A stretch of DNA of 64,000 nucleotides from the human T2T-CHM13v2.0 reference genome, Homo sapiens (GCA_009914755.4 CP086569.2:15200001-15264000); one strand, 5' to 3'; positions 22,936 to 37,109 are shown, numbered from the stretch's first letter. Notes: a model not told the origin generated them from the letters alone. A program made the numbers and translations.

Positions 22936-25620
22936 TGATATAGTTTGGCTGTGTCCCCAGTAAAATCTCAACTTGAATCGTATCTCCCAGAATTCCCATG
23001 TGTTATGGGATGGAAGTAGGAGGAGGTAATTGAATCATGGGGGCTAGTCTTCCCTGTGCTATTCTCATGATAGTGAATAAGTTTCCTGAGATCTAATGGG
23101 TTTATCAGGGGTTTACACTTTAGCTTCTTCCATATTTTTTCTTGCTACCTCCATGTAAAAAGTGCCTTTCACCTCCTGCCATAATTCTGAGACCTCCCCA
23201 GCCATGTGGAAGTGTAAATCCAATTAAACCTCCTTTTCTTCCCAGTCATGGGTATGTCTTTATCAGCAGCGTAAAAATGGACTAATACAATACATTGGTA
23301 CCTTGAGTAGGGTGTTGCTGAAATGATAACTGAAAATGTGAAAAGAACTTTGGTACTGTGTAACAGGCAGAGGTTGGAACAATTTGGAGAGCTCAGAAGA
23401 AGATAGAAAAATGTGAGAAAGTTTGGAACCTCCTAAAGGCTTGTTGAATGGCTTTGACCAAAATGATGAAAGTGATATGGACAATGGACAATGAGGTCCA
23501 GGCTGAGGTGGTCTCAGATGGAGAGGAGGAACTTGAAGCAGCTGGAGCAAAGGTGACTTTGTTATGTATTAGCAAAGAGACTGGCAGAATTTTGCCCCTG
23601 CCCTAGAAACTGGTAGCATTTTGCCACATATCCTAGAGATGTGTGGAACTTTGAACTTAAGAAAGATGATTTAGGCTGGGCACAGTGGCTCACACCTGTA
23701 ATTCCAGCACGTTGGTAGGCCGAGGCAGGTGGATCACAAGGTCAGGAGATTGAGACCATCCTGGCTAACACAGTGAAAACTCGTCTCTACTAAAAACACA
23801 AAAAATTAGCTGGGTGTGGTGGCAGGAGCCTGTAGTCCCAGCTACTTGGGAGGCTGAGTGAGGCAGGAGAATGGTGTGAACCTGGGAAGCGGAGCTTGCA
23901 GTGAGCTGAGATCACACCACTGCACTCCAGGCTGGGTGACACAGTGAGATTCTGTCTAAAAAAAAAAATAAAAAATAAAAAAATGATTTAGGGTATCTGG
24001 AGTAAAAAATTTCTGAGCAGCAAAGCATTCGAGAGGTGACTTGGGTGCAGTTAAAGGCATTCAGTTTTGAAAGGGAAACAGCATAAAAGTTCAGAAAATT
24101 TACAGCCTGATAATGCAGTAGAAAAGAAAAACCCATTTTTTTGAGGGGAAATTCAATCTAGCTGCAGAAATTTTCATAACTACCAAGGATACTAATGTTA
24201 ATTCCAAAGACCATGGGGAAATTGTTGCCAGGTCATGTCAGACACCTTCACAACAGCCCCTTCCATCACAAGCCAAGAGGCCCATGAGGAAAAAGTGGCT
24301 GTGTGGGCCAGGCCTAGGGTCCCCATACTGCATGCAGTCTAGGGAATTGGTGCCCTGTATCCCAGCCACTCCAGGTGTGGCTGAAAGAGACCAACATAGC
24401 ACTCAAGCTGTGGCTTCAGAGGGTGAAAGCCCCAAGCCTTGACAGTTTCCATGTGGTGTTGAGCCTGTGAGTGTACAGAAGTCAAGAATTAAGGTTTGAG
24501 AACCTCCACCTACATTTCTGAAGATGTATGGAAATGCTTGGATGCCCAGGCAAAGGTTTGCTGCAGGGGCAGGACCCTCATGGAGAACCTCTGATAAGTC
24601 AGAATGGAAGGAAAATGTGGGGTTAGAGCCCCCACACAGAGTCCCTACTGGGGCGCTGCTAGTGGACCTGTGAGAAGAGGGCCACCGTCTTCCAGACTCC
24701 AGAATTGTAGATCCACTGACAGCTTGCACTGTGCACCTGGAAAAGCCTCAAACACTCAATACCAGTCCATGAAAGCTGCCAGGATGGAGGCTATGCACTG
24801 TAAAGCCACAGGGGTGGTGCTGCCTAAGACCATGTGAACCCACTTCATGCATCAGCATTACCTGGATATGAAATCTGGAGTCAAAGGGGATCATTTTGGA
24901 GTTTTAAAATTTGTCTGCCCCACTGGATTTCAGACTTGCATGGGCCCTTGTGACCTCTTTGTTATGGCCAGTTTCTCCCATTTGGAACAGTTGTATTTAC
25001 CTAATACCCATACTCCCATTTTATCTAGGAAGTAACTAACTTGCTTTTGGTTTTACAGGCTCATAGGCAGAAGGCACTTGCCTTAGCTCAGATGAGACTT
25101 TGGACTGTGGACTTTTGGTTTAATGCTGAAATGAGTTAAAACTTTAGGGGACTGTTGGGAAGGCATGATTGGTATTGAAATGTGACAACATGAGATTTTG
25201 AGGGGCCATGGGCAGAATGATATAGTTTGGCTGTGTCTCCACTTAAATCTTAACTTGAATTGTATCTCCCAGAATTCCCACGTGTTGTGGGAGGGCCCCA
25301 GGGGGAGGTAACAGAATCATGGGGGCTGGTCTTCCCTGTGCTAGTCTCATAATAGTGAATAAGAGACTGGCAGCATTTGCCCCTGCCCTAGAGACTGGTA
25401 GCATTTTTGTGGAACTTTAATCTGATGGGTTTATCAGGGGTTTCCACCTTTGCTTCTTCCTCATTTTCTCTTGCTGCCACCATGTAAAAAGTGCATTTCA
25501 CCTCCTGCAGTAATTCTGAGACCTCCCCAGCCATGTGGAACTGTAACTCCAATTAAACCTCCTTTTCTTTCCAGTCTTGGGTATGTCTTTATTAGCAGAT
25601 TTGAAAGCAGACTAATACAA
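22936..25620 (+). mobile_element. Full-length THE1 (MaLR, ERVL-MaLR) element: 5' LTR 22936-23290, internal region, 3' LTR 25218-25620
   Basis: Both LTRs start tgatatagtttggctgtgtc[ct]cc, contain ggtaat[tc]gaatcatgggggct and ccagccatgtggaa[gc]tgtaa, and end ggactaatacaa. The internal sequence is THE1-int-like, for example ggtccaggctgaggtggtctcagatggagaggaggaacttgaagcagctggagcaaaggtgactttg. Confidence 0.85.
23674..23983 (+). mobile_element. Alu SINE (AluS/Y-like) inserted in the THE1 internal region, with a target-site duplication
   Basis: ggctgggcacagtggctcacacctgtaattccagcac...gctgggtgacacagtgagattctgtctaaaaaaaaaaataaaaaataaaaaaa. The TSD atgatttag appears at 23665-23673 and again at 23984-23992. 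Confidence 0.93.
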
Positions 25621-25693
25621 TGTGCTATTATAAAGAATGGGTCTGTAAAATTCTTGTACATGTCCCCTTTAGGCATGTATTTAAGAGTTTCTC

Positions 25694-25991
25694 GGCTGGG
25701 TGCAGTGGCTCATGCCTGTAATCCCAGCACTTTGGGAGGCTGAGACGGATGGATCACCAGGTCAGGAGATTGAGACCATCCTGGCTAATGCAGTGAAACC
25801 CCGTCTCTATTAAAAAAATTAAAAAATTAGTCAGGCATGGTGGTGGGCACCTGTAGTAGCAGCTACTCAGGAGACTGAGGCAAGAGAATGGCTTGAACCA
25901 GGGAGGCAGAGTTTGCAGTGATCCAAGATCTCACCACTGTACTCCAGCCTGGGTGAGAGAGCGAGACTCCGTCTCCAAAAAAAAAAAAAAA
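25694..25991 (+). mobile_element. Alu SINE (AluS/Y-like) with target-site duplication
   Basis: ggctgggtgcagtggctcatgcctgtaatcccagcactttgggaggctgagacgg...ccgtctccaaaaaaaaaaaaaaag. The flank reads agagtttctc before and agaatttctc after. Confidence 0.93.
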
Positions 25992-26717
25992 GAATTTCTC
26001 TAAGAGGTTTTAAATGGGTGGTTAGGAAGGAAATTGCTTGATCACAGAGCATAAGCAATGTGAATTCTTGGATTACACTACATTTGTTTCTAAGGTGGTT
26101 GTACCAACTTATGTTTCCACCAGAAGCATTTGAAAATTTTCATTCCTCTACATCTTGAATAGCACCAGGTATTATTATATTCTAATATTTTCTAATCTTA
26201 TAGATGTGAAATAAGCTTTTGCCTTGTGTTTTTCATCAGCATTTCCCTGATGAATAGTAATATTGAACATCTTATTGGTCCATTCCTGACCATTCCTGTA
26301 TTCTCCCTCCTGGCAAGAATGTTTTTATTTTTACTCTTCTGTCTCTCAGCCCTGTGGTCTCTGTCATTTGTTAAGTCTATGTGTGGGTCAGTCCTTGAGG
26401 ACTCCGTTGGGTTAATTAGGACATGTGTCTACTCTTCTCCCAATCGCACTGAGCCTTGACTACTGTAGTTTGAGCTAGTCCATAACCACACTGATATGGG
26501 AGTATTTTGGTTAATCTTAGGTCTTTATACTTACATATACGTTTTAAAATATCTCATCAAGTTCTATGAAAAAAAAAACATTTTTAGCCCCCATTAATCC
26601 TCCTCTACTTCAGATATTCCTTTCAAGATTATTTTCCTGTTCTCCTAAATACCTTCTTTAGGGATTTTTTGGGGGGAGGTGGACTTCTTTTTATGACAAA
26701 TTTTCAACATTCTGTGA

Positions 26718-27133
<416 letters not shown>

Positions 27134-27179
27134 TCATCTCCCAGTCTCCATGTGACACCTTGGTGGATAATCGATGTGT

Positions 27180-27289
27180 GGGTGTGTGTATATGTTGCTG
27201 CCACAGACATTATTTCATTCTTTCTTATGCCTATATAGTATTCCATTGTGTGTGTGTGCATGTGTGTGTGTGTGTGTGTGTATGTGTAT

Positions 27290-27290
<1 letters not shown>
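27180..27290. repeat. (TG)n-rich compound microsatellite
   Basis: tgtgtgggtgtgtgtatatgt ... tgtgtgtgtgtgcatgtgtgtgtgtgtgtgtgtgtatgtgtata. Confidence 0.9.
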
Positions 27291-27880
<590 letters not shown>

Positions 27881-29084
27881 TGGGAATGTAGATATTAAGT
27901 TGTTGTGAAGATGAGTACATTTCCACAAGCTACATAGACATGAAATAGGCAGACACATAATAAGATTCAACAGATGGCAATTACTGTTGGATAAATGGTC
28001 AGCACCCAGTGGATTAGTGATAAAAGAAAAATGCACAACCATGTGTCAGCGAACTACAACCCGTGTGCCAAATCTGGCCTACTGCTTGTTTATGTAAATA
28101 AAGGAAACAGCCACATTCATTTATCTGTGTACCATTGGGAACTGCTTTTTCACTACAAAAGCAGAGTTGGATAGTTGCTGCAGAAATCATATGGCCCACT
28201 CAGCCAAAAATATTTACTTTCTGTATCTTTTCAGAAATGTCAGGTGAGCTCTGTTCTACAGCCATATCCTAGACTAATATGGAAAGACAAAGGGGATATC
28301 TGTGATTTAGTTGCCACATGAATGTGTGGACTTCCTTAACGTTGAAGGGAGGTGAAATGTGGTGGAAAGATCAGATGCAGAACTAAGAGGCTAGGACATC
28401 AGAGTTTCACAACGCCCAGGTCTCATGTTTGGTCAAACTTGATAAGTTCCTTATACAAAACGAAGATCAGTACAGAGTATCTTTATATAATTGCCCTGAA
28501 ATATGATATATGGATTTATAATAGGAGAGAAAAAATTCCATCTTTAGTTATGTGCTCCTTCCCGTAGAAGTAAAAATCAAGAAATTGCCATCAACCTTAT
28601 CCTTCCAGATGGCACGCTTCTTCGTAATGGTTCTCTTAACAAACACAATTCCATAGTTTTCATACTCTAAAAGACAGGAGCTCTTTAAGAGAGCCACCAG
28701 CAGGCTATAACAGTAAAGAGAACAAAAACAGATTTCTTGAAAGAACTGTAAGTAAAATATGGCACAACTTAAATGGTGTGGAAGCAAAAGCAATAACCAG
28801 AAACAAGAAAATTCATGGTAAGGGACCTGCCTTTGGGCACATCTCTCCCACAGGTGGCTGGATGCCTACTAGGTCAGAGGCATCCTCCCTGTGCTCACAT
28901 CTTGTGGCCAAGGAAAGAATGGCAAGTAGTGCCAAACCTAATGGTGGATAAGATACAGACATATGTAGAAAAAAACTGGCAGAAGGGGCTAAGTTCTTCC
29001 CTGCTTTGTGGACTCAAATCTGTCTACAAGAGGAAGCCCAACGATTAGCCAATTTGTATGAACTATGCAAGCCAATTTAGATGT

Positions 29085-29510
29085 GATGTTTTCTTTCTCT
29101 CTTTCTTCTCTTCCTTCCTTTTCCCACACTGTCCTACTTTCTCTTTGTTTCTTTAACCCTTCCTTCCTCCCTCCCTCTCTTCCTTCCTTCCTTTCTTCCT
29201 TCCTTCTTTCTTTCTTTCCTTCTTTCCTTTATTTCTACCTTCCTTCCTTACTTCCTTCATACTCTTTTTCTTTCTTTCCTCCTTCCTTTAATTCTTCTTT
29301 TCTTCCTTTTTTCTTTCTTTTCTTCTTTACTTCTTTCCAAACCTCCTTCCTTCCATCTTCTTTCCTTTCCTTCCTTCATCTTTCCTTCCTTTATTCCTTA
29401 CTTCTGTTTTCTTTTTTTTTTCCCCCTTCCTTTTTTCTTCTTTCTTACCTTCCTTTTTTTGTTCTCTGTTTCCTTCTTTACCATCAAACTCCATCTCTCT
29501 TTTTTAGTGA
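29085..29510. repeat. About 430-bp polypyrimidine (+ strand) / polypurine tract: (TTCC)n, (CTTT)n and (TCC)n-type low complexity
   Basis: ctttcttctcttccttccttttccc...ttccttccttcctttcttccttccttctttctttctttccttctttcc... continues essentially purine-free for about 430 bp. The 29065-29562 ORF (Ser/Phe/Leu/Pro-rich) is its translation artefact. Confidence 0.95.
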
Positions 29511-30009
29511 AACATCATTGCAATTTTCTTTTGGAGAAGCACACCTCCTATATTGTGTGTAGTACTAGTGAGGATGTGACTACAAATGCCCTTTCCACCT
29601 CATGTCAAGGAAAGAGAGATGAATGACCAACACTAGGTTAGTTGGACATTAAATTAGAGCTCTGACTCCTGTTTTGGCTAAGGGCAGGTGGCTGGTTCTC
29701 GCTCACTCCAGCAGCAGTATGGACGTAGCAGGGAAATTACTTTTTCCCACTGCATGGAGTCCCTGGAGCCTCTGGGTGCCTTTTCAGTTCAGTCTTGAAT
29801 TTTTAGTTCTTCCTTGAATTTCATACATTATGCCCATTTCCTTTGAATCATTTCTTTTTTCTCTTAGGTCAGTTCTGAATAGTTTTATTGCACACAACCA
29901 GTGATCCCTAACTGATACACTTAGGCACCAAAGTGCACTGCTTTGCTCTTGATCCAGCAATTCTGTGGTCTCTAAAATCAGACTTTATAGGTAGATGGTG
30001 GCTGTTACA

Positions 30010-30385
30010 CTCTGAATTGTGCCCTCTACAATTCATATGTTGAAGCCCTAAATGCCAGTATATCAGAATGTGGCTGTGTTTGGAGTTAGGCTCTTTAAAG
30101 TGATGACAAAGTGAGGTCTTTAGGCTGGGCCCTGATCTAATAGGACTAGTTTCTTTATAAGAAGAGATTAGGATGGAGATATATCCAGAGGGATGATCAT
30201 GTGAAAACAGAGAGAAGACAGCATCTACAAGCCAAGGAGAGAGGCCTCAGGAGAAATGAACTCTATGAATAGCTTTCCCTTGGACTTTTCACCTCTAGAA
30301 TGATAAGAAAATAAATGTGTATTTGTTAAGCTAGTGAGACAGTGGTACTTTGTTATGGCAGCCCTAGAAAACAAATACAGTAGCC
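30010..30385 (+). mobile_element. MaLR LTR of MLT1 type
   Basis: caattcatatgttgaagccctaaatgccagtatatcagaatgtggctgtgtttggagttaggctctttaaagtgatgacaaagtgaggtctttaggctgggccctgatctaataggactagtttctttataagaagagattagg...gacagcatctacaagccaaggagagaggcctcaggag fits the MLT1 consensus pattern aaattcatatgttgaagccctaaccccc...gggaggtaattaggtt...cttataagaagagacaccagagag. Confidence 0.75.
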
Positions 30386-30674
30386 ATTCTCTTTATCTGG
30401 CACAGAAGCAACTTTATTAATATATTAAGATAGGAATGACCTTGTGATAAATGCTCAAAAGGTGATGTTACTTTACTGCTTTATTAATAGTCCTACCTTT
30501 ACTATTGTTGATGAGCCTATATATTATAGTGCATTGGCATAAGATTGAATATATGGATACCATATTAATGCAGATGCAGAAAGTTTCAAGGCTATTGAGA
30601 ACTCTATCCTAAAATGAAAATAATTCCTAATGAGGCTGATATGTTCACCTTTAAAAACTTGTCCCTTTTCCTTA

Positions 30675-30745
30675 AAATTTTTGTAATTTTTTTTTTTTTT
30701 TTGAGATGGAGCCTCACTCCATCATCCAGGCTGGAGTGCAGTAAC
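30675..30745 (-). mobile_element. Short Alu 3'-end fragment, minus orientation
   Basis: A T15 run followed by gagatggagcctcactccatcatccaggctggagtgcagtaacaaatcttgg. Confidence 0.75.
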
Positions 30746-31981
30746 AAATCTTGGGAAATTTTGTAATTTTTAAAATGCAAATTCTCTGGGAAATGGTACA
30801 TCTTATCCTGACTACACTAGAAAGCACAACCTGAGGAAAGGACTATGTTTAGATGCTTCATGTGGAAGGTGCATCCCAGAGCAGAAAGGCTGAGAGAAAA
30901 AGGAAGTGACATTGAGGAGGATGAAAGATGATATAATATTTAGTGCACTGGCCTCTGCTACACAACAAATCATATAAGAAGATATATAGCAGATCAACAG
31001 GTGCATTCACTCAGCCAGGTGAGTAGTCTGCAGACAGACAGAACAAAGAATCCATTGGAAGGTTGCACTGTAGTGAGGAAAGGGGAAGGAATTTATTGGT
31101 TCAGTTCCCTTCTGCCTTCTGTCTTCCATTGGTGGCAACTTACCTCATGATACAGAACTCCCTTTGTTATTCAGCCCCTTTGACAACTTGAGAAGCCAGG
31201 AGGATCCAAGGACTCAAGGAGATGAAATCTCATGATCCTATTTCCATGAGCAATTTTTCAGCCTCTGCAGTCATTGAAGTAGAAGAAGTTGATGGTTCAG
31301 GAGACACTGAAGTCACAAGAACCCAAAAAGGCACACAAGATCTGAGAGTTATGCAGCAGTATTTAAACCAGTTATTTATATTTTGGATGTGAATATGATT
31401 GATTAAAATATTTTGCAGTAAAGCATAAGAGTCAGGCTTAGAAACATTGCCCATCACTTTTGAGCATATTCCATTACCCAGAACCTTTGTACACATTACA
31501 CAGCCTCGGTGGCTTGCTGTCTGGTTGGAAAACCAACAGAGTCTGGAGAACCTATAACTGCCTTTCTGCAACATGAAAATCACACTGATAGTTATGCTTC
31601 TTACCTCTGTACAGTGTTGCACATAATTTGAATTGCATAGAAAAGAGTTCACAATTGTGGGGTATATTATAAGATGTCTAATAACACAGGTAATATTATT
31701 TCATATTTATGTGAAATATGTCCAGTTTATACGATCTTATCTAAAAGAGCTTCAATGGCATTAGAAAAGGTTTAAAGGAGACTTCTAAAGATCATCAAAC
31801 GGATACAATACAGGCAGGTAGATAAAAGGAATTGGAGTTGATTAGCCCAGATTAGACAATGACTAGGCAAGAGGGCTTTTTGGCTCAGGATCATTTGAGC
31901 ACCTACATTTTATGTTCCTCTTTTCCTTTAATTTTCATTTCCAATAAAAATAGAATGAATAACTAAAGATTAATTTATTTT

Positions 31982-32292
31982 GGCCGTGCATGGTGGCTCA
32001 TGCCTGTCATCCCAGCACTTTGGGAGGCCAAAGCGGATGGGTCATGAGGTCATGAGTTCGAGAACATCCTGGCTAACATGGTGAAACCCCGTCCCTACTA
32101 AAAATAGAAAAAAATTAGCTAGGTGTGGTGGCGCACGCCTGTAGTCCCAGTCACTCAGGAGACTGAGGCAGGAGAATGGTGTGAACCCAGGAGGCAGAGC
32201 TTGCATTGAGCCCGAGATAGCACCACTGCACACCAGCCTGTGAAACAGAGCAAGACTCCATCTCAAAAATAAATAAATAAATAAATAAATTT
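31982..32292 (+). mobile_element. Alu SINE with an (AAAT)n-expanded tail
   Basis: ggccgtgcatggtggctcatgcctgtcatcccagcactttgggaggccaaagcggatgggtcatgaggtcatgagttcgagaacatcctggc...gagcaagactccatctcaaaaataaataaataaataaataaa. Confidence 0.92.
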
Positions 32293-34187
32293 ATTTCTGG
32301 AAATAGAGCATTAGTGCTTCTCACATGCAAAATATAGAAAAGAAAGAGGGAAAGGGCCACTTAAACCATAGTTCACACTGCAGTTAAAAAAGAAACTCAC
32401 CCTAGACATACCCCTTTTGAAGCCTCATCCAAGATATGAAGTTTAGACTCCAGATGAGACTGAGAGTAGAAAATGCAGGGAAGAAAAAATGCTCATGTGG
32501 CATCCTCTGTGAAGTGAGCAAGAGACAAGCATCATCAGGGTGTCACCCTAGCCCTGAAGTGCATGCACACCTGGTGTGTACGTCAGGAGGCTGCCAAAGT
32601 CCTGGAAATGGTGCATTGTTGTGCAGGCTCCTCAGAAGGTGTGGTGTTCATTACTGAGGGCACTCTACGTTCCATCCAACTACCAGCAGCCACTCCAAAC
32701 AAACAAATAAACAAACAGTTCTTCACCAAAGAGGCTACAGCTGCCCTAAAATGGATAGCCTCTTTCTTTTTACTCCCCAGGACCCATGGCATTATCCATA
32801 GGAAGAAGCGAAGTTGCAGGAAACCTAACCTGTCTTTTGTTTGCTTGTATACATTTCCTTCATCTGAACACTATGTTTCTCAACCCAGGAGCCAAATAAG
32901 TTTTGCATCCATGTATTTCGACTCCAAAAACATTCAAAGACAAAACAAAACAAAACATTAACCTTATTCCATAGTGATAAGCAGATAAGAACATGACTCT
33001 GCAGATTCATTTAAAGATCCATCAGAAATATCCTCAAGTGTATTGTCAACAGGATTTGAGAGATTATGCAACAAGAGTAATCATGGAAAGAGAACAACAT
33101 AGATCAAGAATATGTGAGATTAAATGGAAATGGTTTCTGAATATTTAAAATTACAATTACAGAAAAAAGGTGTGGATTGGAGGCTGAGAAATGTGAGTTG
33201 GATAATGAAATGTTGACTACCCTATAATTCAGATTTTTGAAAAATAAAGAGAATAAATGGATGAAGAAAAAGACATGTTATAGATGGAACACTGGAAACA
33301 CAACATGATTATAAGAAGGCAAAGGAAAGCCACCAGAAGCAGAATAAACCAGAGTCCTCTGAGAAAGGGATTTCAGATTTTATGATCAACCAGGCAAAAT
33401 TAAAGATATCTATGTATCCTGGTAATTTTTTAAAAAATCATCATTAAAGAAAAGAAATCCTATAATTTCCCTGGCAGAATAAAAGGATCACATGAAGATT
33501 GCACAAAGTAGGAAAAATAATCAAATGGCTCCTTTTAAATAGTAAATTCCAGAGTATAATATAGCAATCAATAGAATTATGAGAACCAATGATTGTGATA
33601 TAGATTCAATACTCATTTAAGATACTCATTTATAGAGGTGATAAAACCATTCTTACAAAGGAAGGTAGTTATCAAGTTTAACAGCCTCATTTTTGTCCTG
33701 ATGGCTACTTAAAGAATCTCTGCAACTTCTGGATATTCATGGTTGATCCAACAACTCATTTTTTCAATCTTAGACTTCAGTGATAAGGTGGGAATAAAGA
33801 GGATATTGTTCCATAGAGACTAAGACACAAAGATAAGTCAATAGCTGGTGAGGGGTGAATATTAATATTTTTTGAAGCTAGAAAGAATGTGGGTATTTTG
33901 TAACTCACAGAATAGACTGAAGCTGAAAGTCTTATCCTAAAGCAGCATTAGGATTTGTGCCTAAATTTGAGCCCCCAAAGCCTCAAAATTTAGACACAAA
34001 GATACCTCTCTAAGCAAGGGTACTTAGCTGGACTAATAGTAAGATTGATCAAATGTCTGGCTACAAAGTAGGTAGATATCTGAATCATCTGATCCACTCT
34101 GTGATTCTGGTGTAAATCCAGGAAGTTTGCCTTCTGGACACTCAAAACCAAATAGTCTGGATTCAAGATGGCAATACGATACTATGT

Positions 34188-34250
34188 GACACGACACGAT
34201 ACGACACAACACGACACGACACGACATGACACAATACGATACAATAACTG
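34188..34250. repeat. CpG-containing pentanucleotide tandem repeat of (CGACA)n / (CGATA)n type, about 12 units
   Basis: atacgatactatgtgacacgacacgatacgacacaacacgacacgacacgacatgacacaatacgatacaataac. The minus-strand 34033-34323 ORF (VVLCRIVSCHIVSYCH) is its translation artefact. Confidence 0.85.
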
Positions 34251-36687
34251 AAACTCTACATTTTAAAAATGGTGAGTGCAATTGTGCATATATTTGATCA
34301 GCTGGAGTTGTCTTAGGGCTCATTGATGTTCTTTTCTTTATTAGATCCCATTTTTCTCTTTATGTTTCATTTTGCATAGTTTTCTATTGCTATATCATTA
34401 AACTCACTGAACTTTTCTTCTGTTATGTTTCTAATTGGCTATTATTTCTATCTAGTGTATTTTCATCTCAGGCACTACAGTTTCCATCTCTGTAAATTTT
34501 ATTGGGTTGCCTTTATATCTTCTAAGTCCCTGCTTTTTGAGCATATGAAATACATGTATAATAACTATGTTTAATGTCTTTTTCTATGAATTCTAACTTG
34601 TATGTCAGTTAGTTTCTATGTGTTAGTTTCCATTGATTGATTATTCTATCATTTTGCTACTCTTTCTGGAAAGTTTCTTCTGATCTTGCATGTGAATATA
34701 AAAAAATGATAAAACTGACTTAAAGCTATTATCACCATCATTATTATTAATGTAACATTATTTCAGTTATCAATATTGAAATAATTATTTCCATGATGTA
34801 AGTAATAGAACAGGAAAATATTTGCTGCCATAACATATATTTAATTTGTTAGAAACTTCCATTTCTACTCTCATTTTCCCTTTAGCACCCGAGAAGGCAT
34901 GTAACAGCTGAAAAATAACTTATGATTTAATTCTCACATGATTATTTCTTTGAGAAGGATCTATTTACTTGGATATAACATAGTGACCCCTTCCATTCAT
35001 TCCCTCTTGTCTGAGTAAGAATTCTTGTCTTTTAACATCCTCAAAGTTTTATTTGATTCACAGAACAACTTGCTAATATTAAATAATTTTAGCTCAGGAC
35101 ACAGATCTTTAAAATAAATTTAATTTTATCTTGCAATAAAGAATATTTGAACATTGTAATTGAAGATTATTAGAATTTATAAAGCCAGAAGATATATGTT
35201 TAAATTACCCAAAAAGTATCAAAAGTATTTTGTATCTTTTATATACTTTAAGAGCAAAAGCTCATTCAGATTTTTTTTTGCAATGACCAATTTCATTTAT
35301 TTTGATAAACTCTATGAATGGATTCTACCTTATATCAATGTTTGTATATATGAAAAAACACCCTACTGGTATTTTACCCAGTCTCACATCTCAGCTTACA
35401 TCCTGCAATGTTTTCTTTTTCTGAGCTCCTTCAGTGACAGTGTGTGTGGGTTTGTGTGTATGAGAGACAGTACTGAGGGCATGCCTTTTCATGTCCCAGA
35501 ACTACCCACTCATTCTTTTATCCTCTGCCCTCAGGGGAACACCAGTTTCTGCTGACCTCTTGTGGCTTGCTTGTTCTGGAAGCTGTTTATTATGTTTCCA
35601 GTCTCCTGCCAGCCTTTTTCATTTAATCTCCACTTCCTGGATCATTTTCTTCCTACCTCATACTTTATTTTTCTAATCCTCCTCTTGTAGCACTGACAAT
35701 TTTGATTTATAACATGTCTTGTATGGTCTTCTCTTTTCCTGGAACTGGTAATGTATTTTCTTTTTCACCCCTATGACCCATGTCTCTGCATCTAGCTTGT
35801 TTATTTCTCAGTGCCAAATACAGCCATCAAATCCCTTGTAATTTAGGCTCTGAGGCTTTTCACTTCTATTCTTTACCACAACTCCATTTTTTGTATTTCA
35901 TATTTTGTTCTTAAAACTGCATGATTCCCCAGCCCTACTGAGCACCAACCCTGTACACTTCCTCCCCACAACCCCACTCAAATTTGCTTCTCTAGGATTC
36001 TATTACATTAGTACATTCATTTGGAGGGTTTTCTTTAGTTCCCTTTCCAACTTTAACTATGTCTGCCTTGCTGCTTTCTTCTGTTCAGTTTCATCTCCAT
36101 AGACTGATTTTCAGTTCCAAGTGCTCCAGATGGGGCCATACACCTGCACTTTGATGGTGGAAATGTGAAAATATGAAGTTTGTAGCCCTGAGAATCAGGA
36201 TATCAAAATCTAAAATGTGTTTTGTTGTAAAATGAAACAGTCTTCTTTCTGCACCAACCCATTCCTTGCTTGTAAATTCTTTACAGATCTGGACTAGAGA
36301 TCCTCTTTTCTTTCCTTTCCTATTTCTCTGAAGTGATGATGTAAATAGGCCTTGTTACACACGGGAGAGTAACCTGTTATTTCTCCTAGACAGATCCCCA
36401 GGATTTGCTCCCATTTTAGTCTAATTTTGTCCCAGTTCATGCCCACTCCTTGGTTCCCATCCCATTCTCATATCTGGATACACTACCACTACTGTGTAGA
36501 CCAGCTCCTTGCAAACGTCATCAAACTCAAATGCTAAATATGAAGGTAAATAAAACACTGCTTCTCAAAACTCTTCTAGTACCCACTAAAATCATTTTGA
36601 AAAACAATATCCTTCTTTTCTTATTTTTAAGTTAGCAGCTAAAATTTTTCACATGCTTAACACTAGCAAAAGACATAATTACCTGCA

Positions 36688-36850
36688 CTCTCTCTCTCTG
36701 TATCTCTCTCTCTCTCTCTATATATATATACACATAAAATATACATATTTATAAATATGTATTGAAATATATTATATATACTTAAATCAAATATCATTTA
36801 TTAATGTTATTGATAAAAATCAAATATAAGTACAAATATATATATTTAAG
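36688..36850. repeat. (TC)n microsatellite followed by a (TA)n / AT-rich low-complexity tract
   Basis: ctctctctctgtatctctctctctctctctatatatatatacacataaaatatacatatttataaatatgtattgaaatatattatatatac. Confidence 0.9.
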
Positions 36851-37109
36851 TAAAAATATTGAACCTGATGATTCAGATTATTCTGTTTATGAAATCCTAA
36901 CTGAACTCACATATATCCCTTAGGAGATTTGCTCTTAAGGTTTAGTGCCAATTCCAAACTCCATGGGTCTACAAATAGTTGCTGAATTATTATTTTAATT
37001 TTGTAAGTGTAGCTAACAATGCATTTTTTAAAAAAATATGATTCAAAATCCACAGTTGATACTAACATTCACTCTTGGTGGTGTAAATTCTATGGGTTTT
37101 GACTAATGT

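Noticed and set aside
29065-29562. 165-aa ORF encoding a Ser/Phe/Leu/Pro-rich polypeptide.
   Set aside because: It is a pure translation artefact of the polypyrimidine microsatellite.
33050-34030. An A-rich region with weak resemblance to ancient L1/L2 ORF2 sequence.
   Set aside because: The similarity is too weak to call by eye, so I left it unannotated rather than guess.
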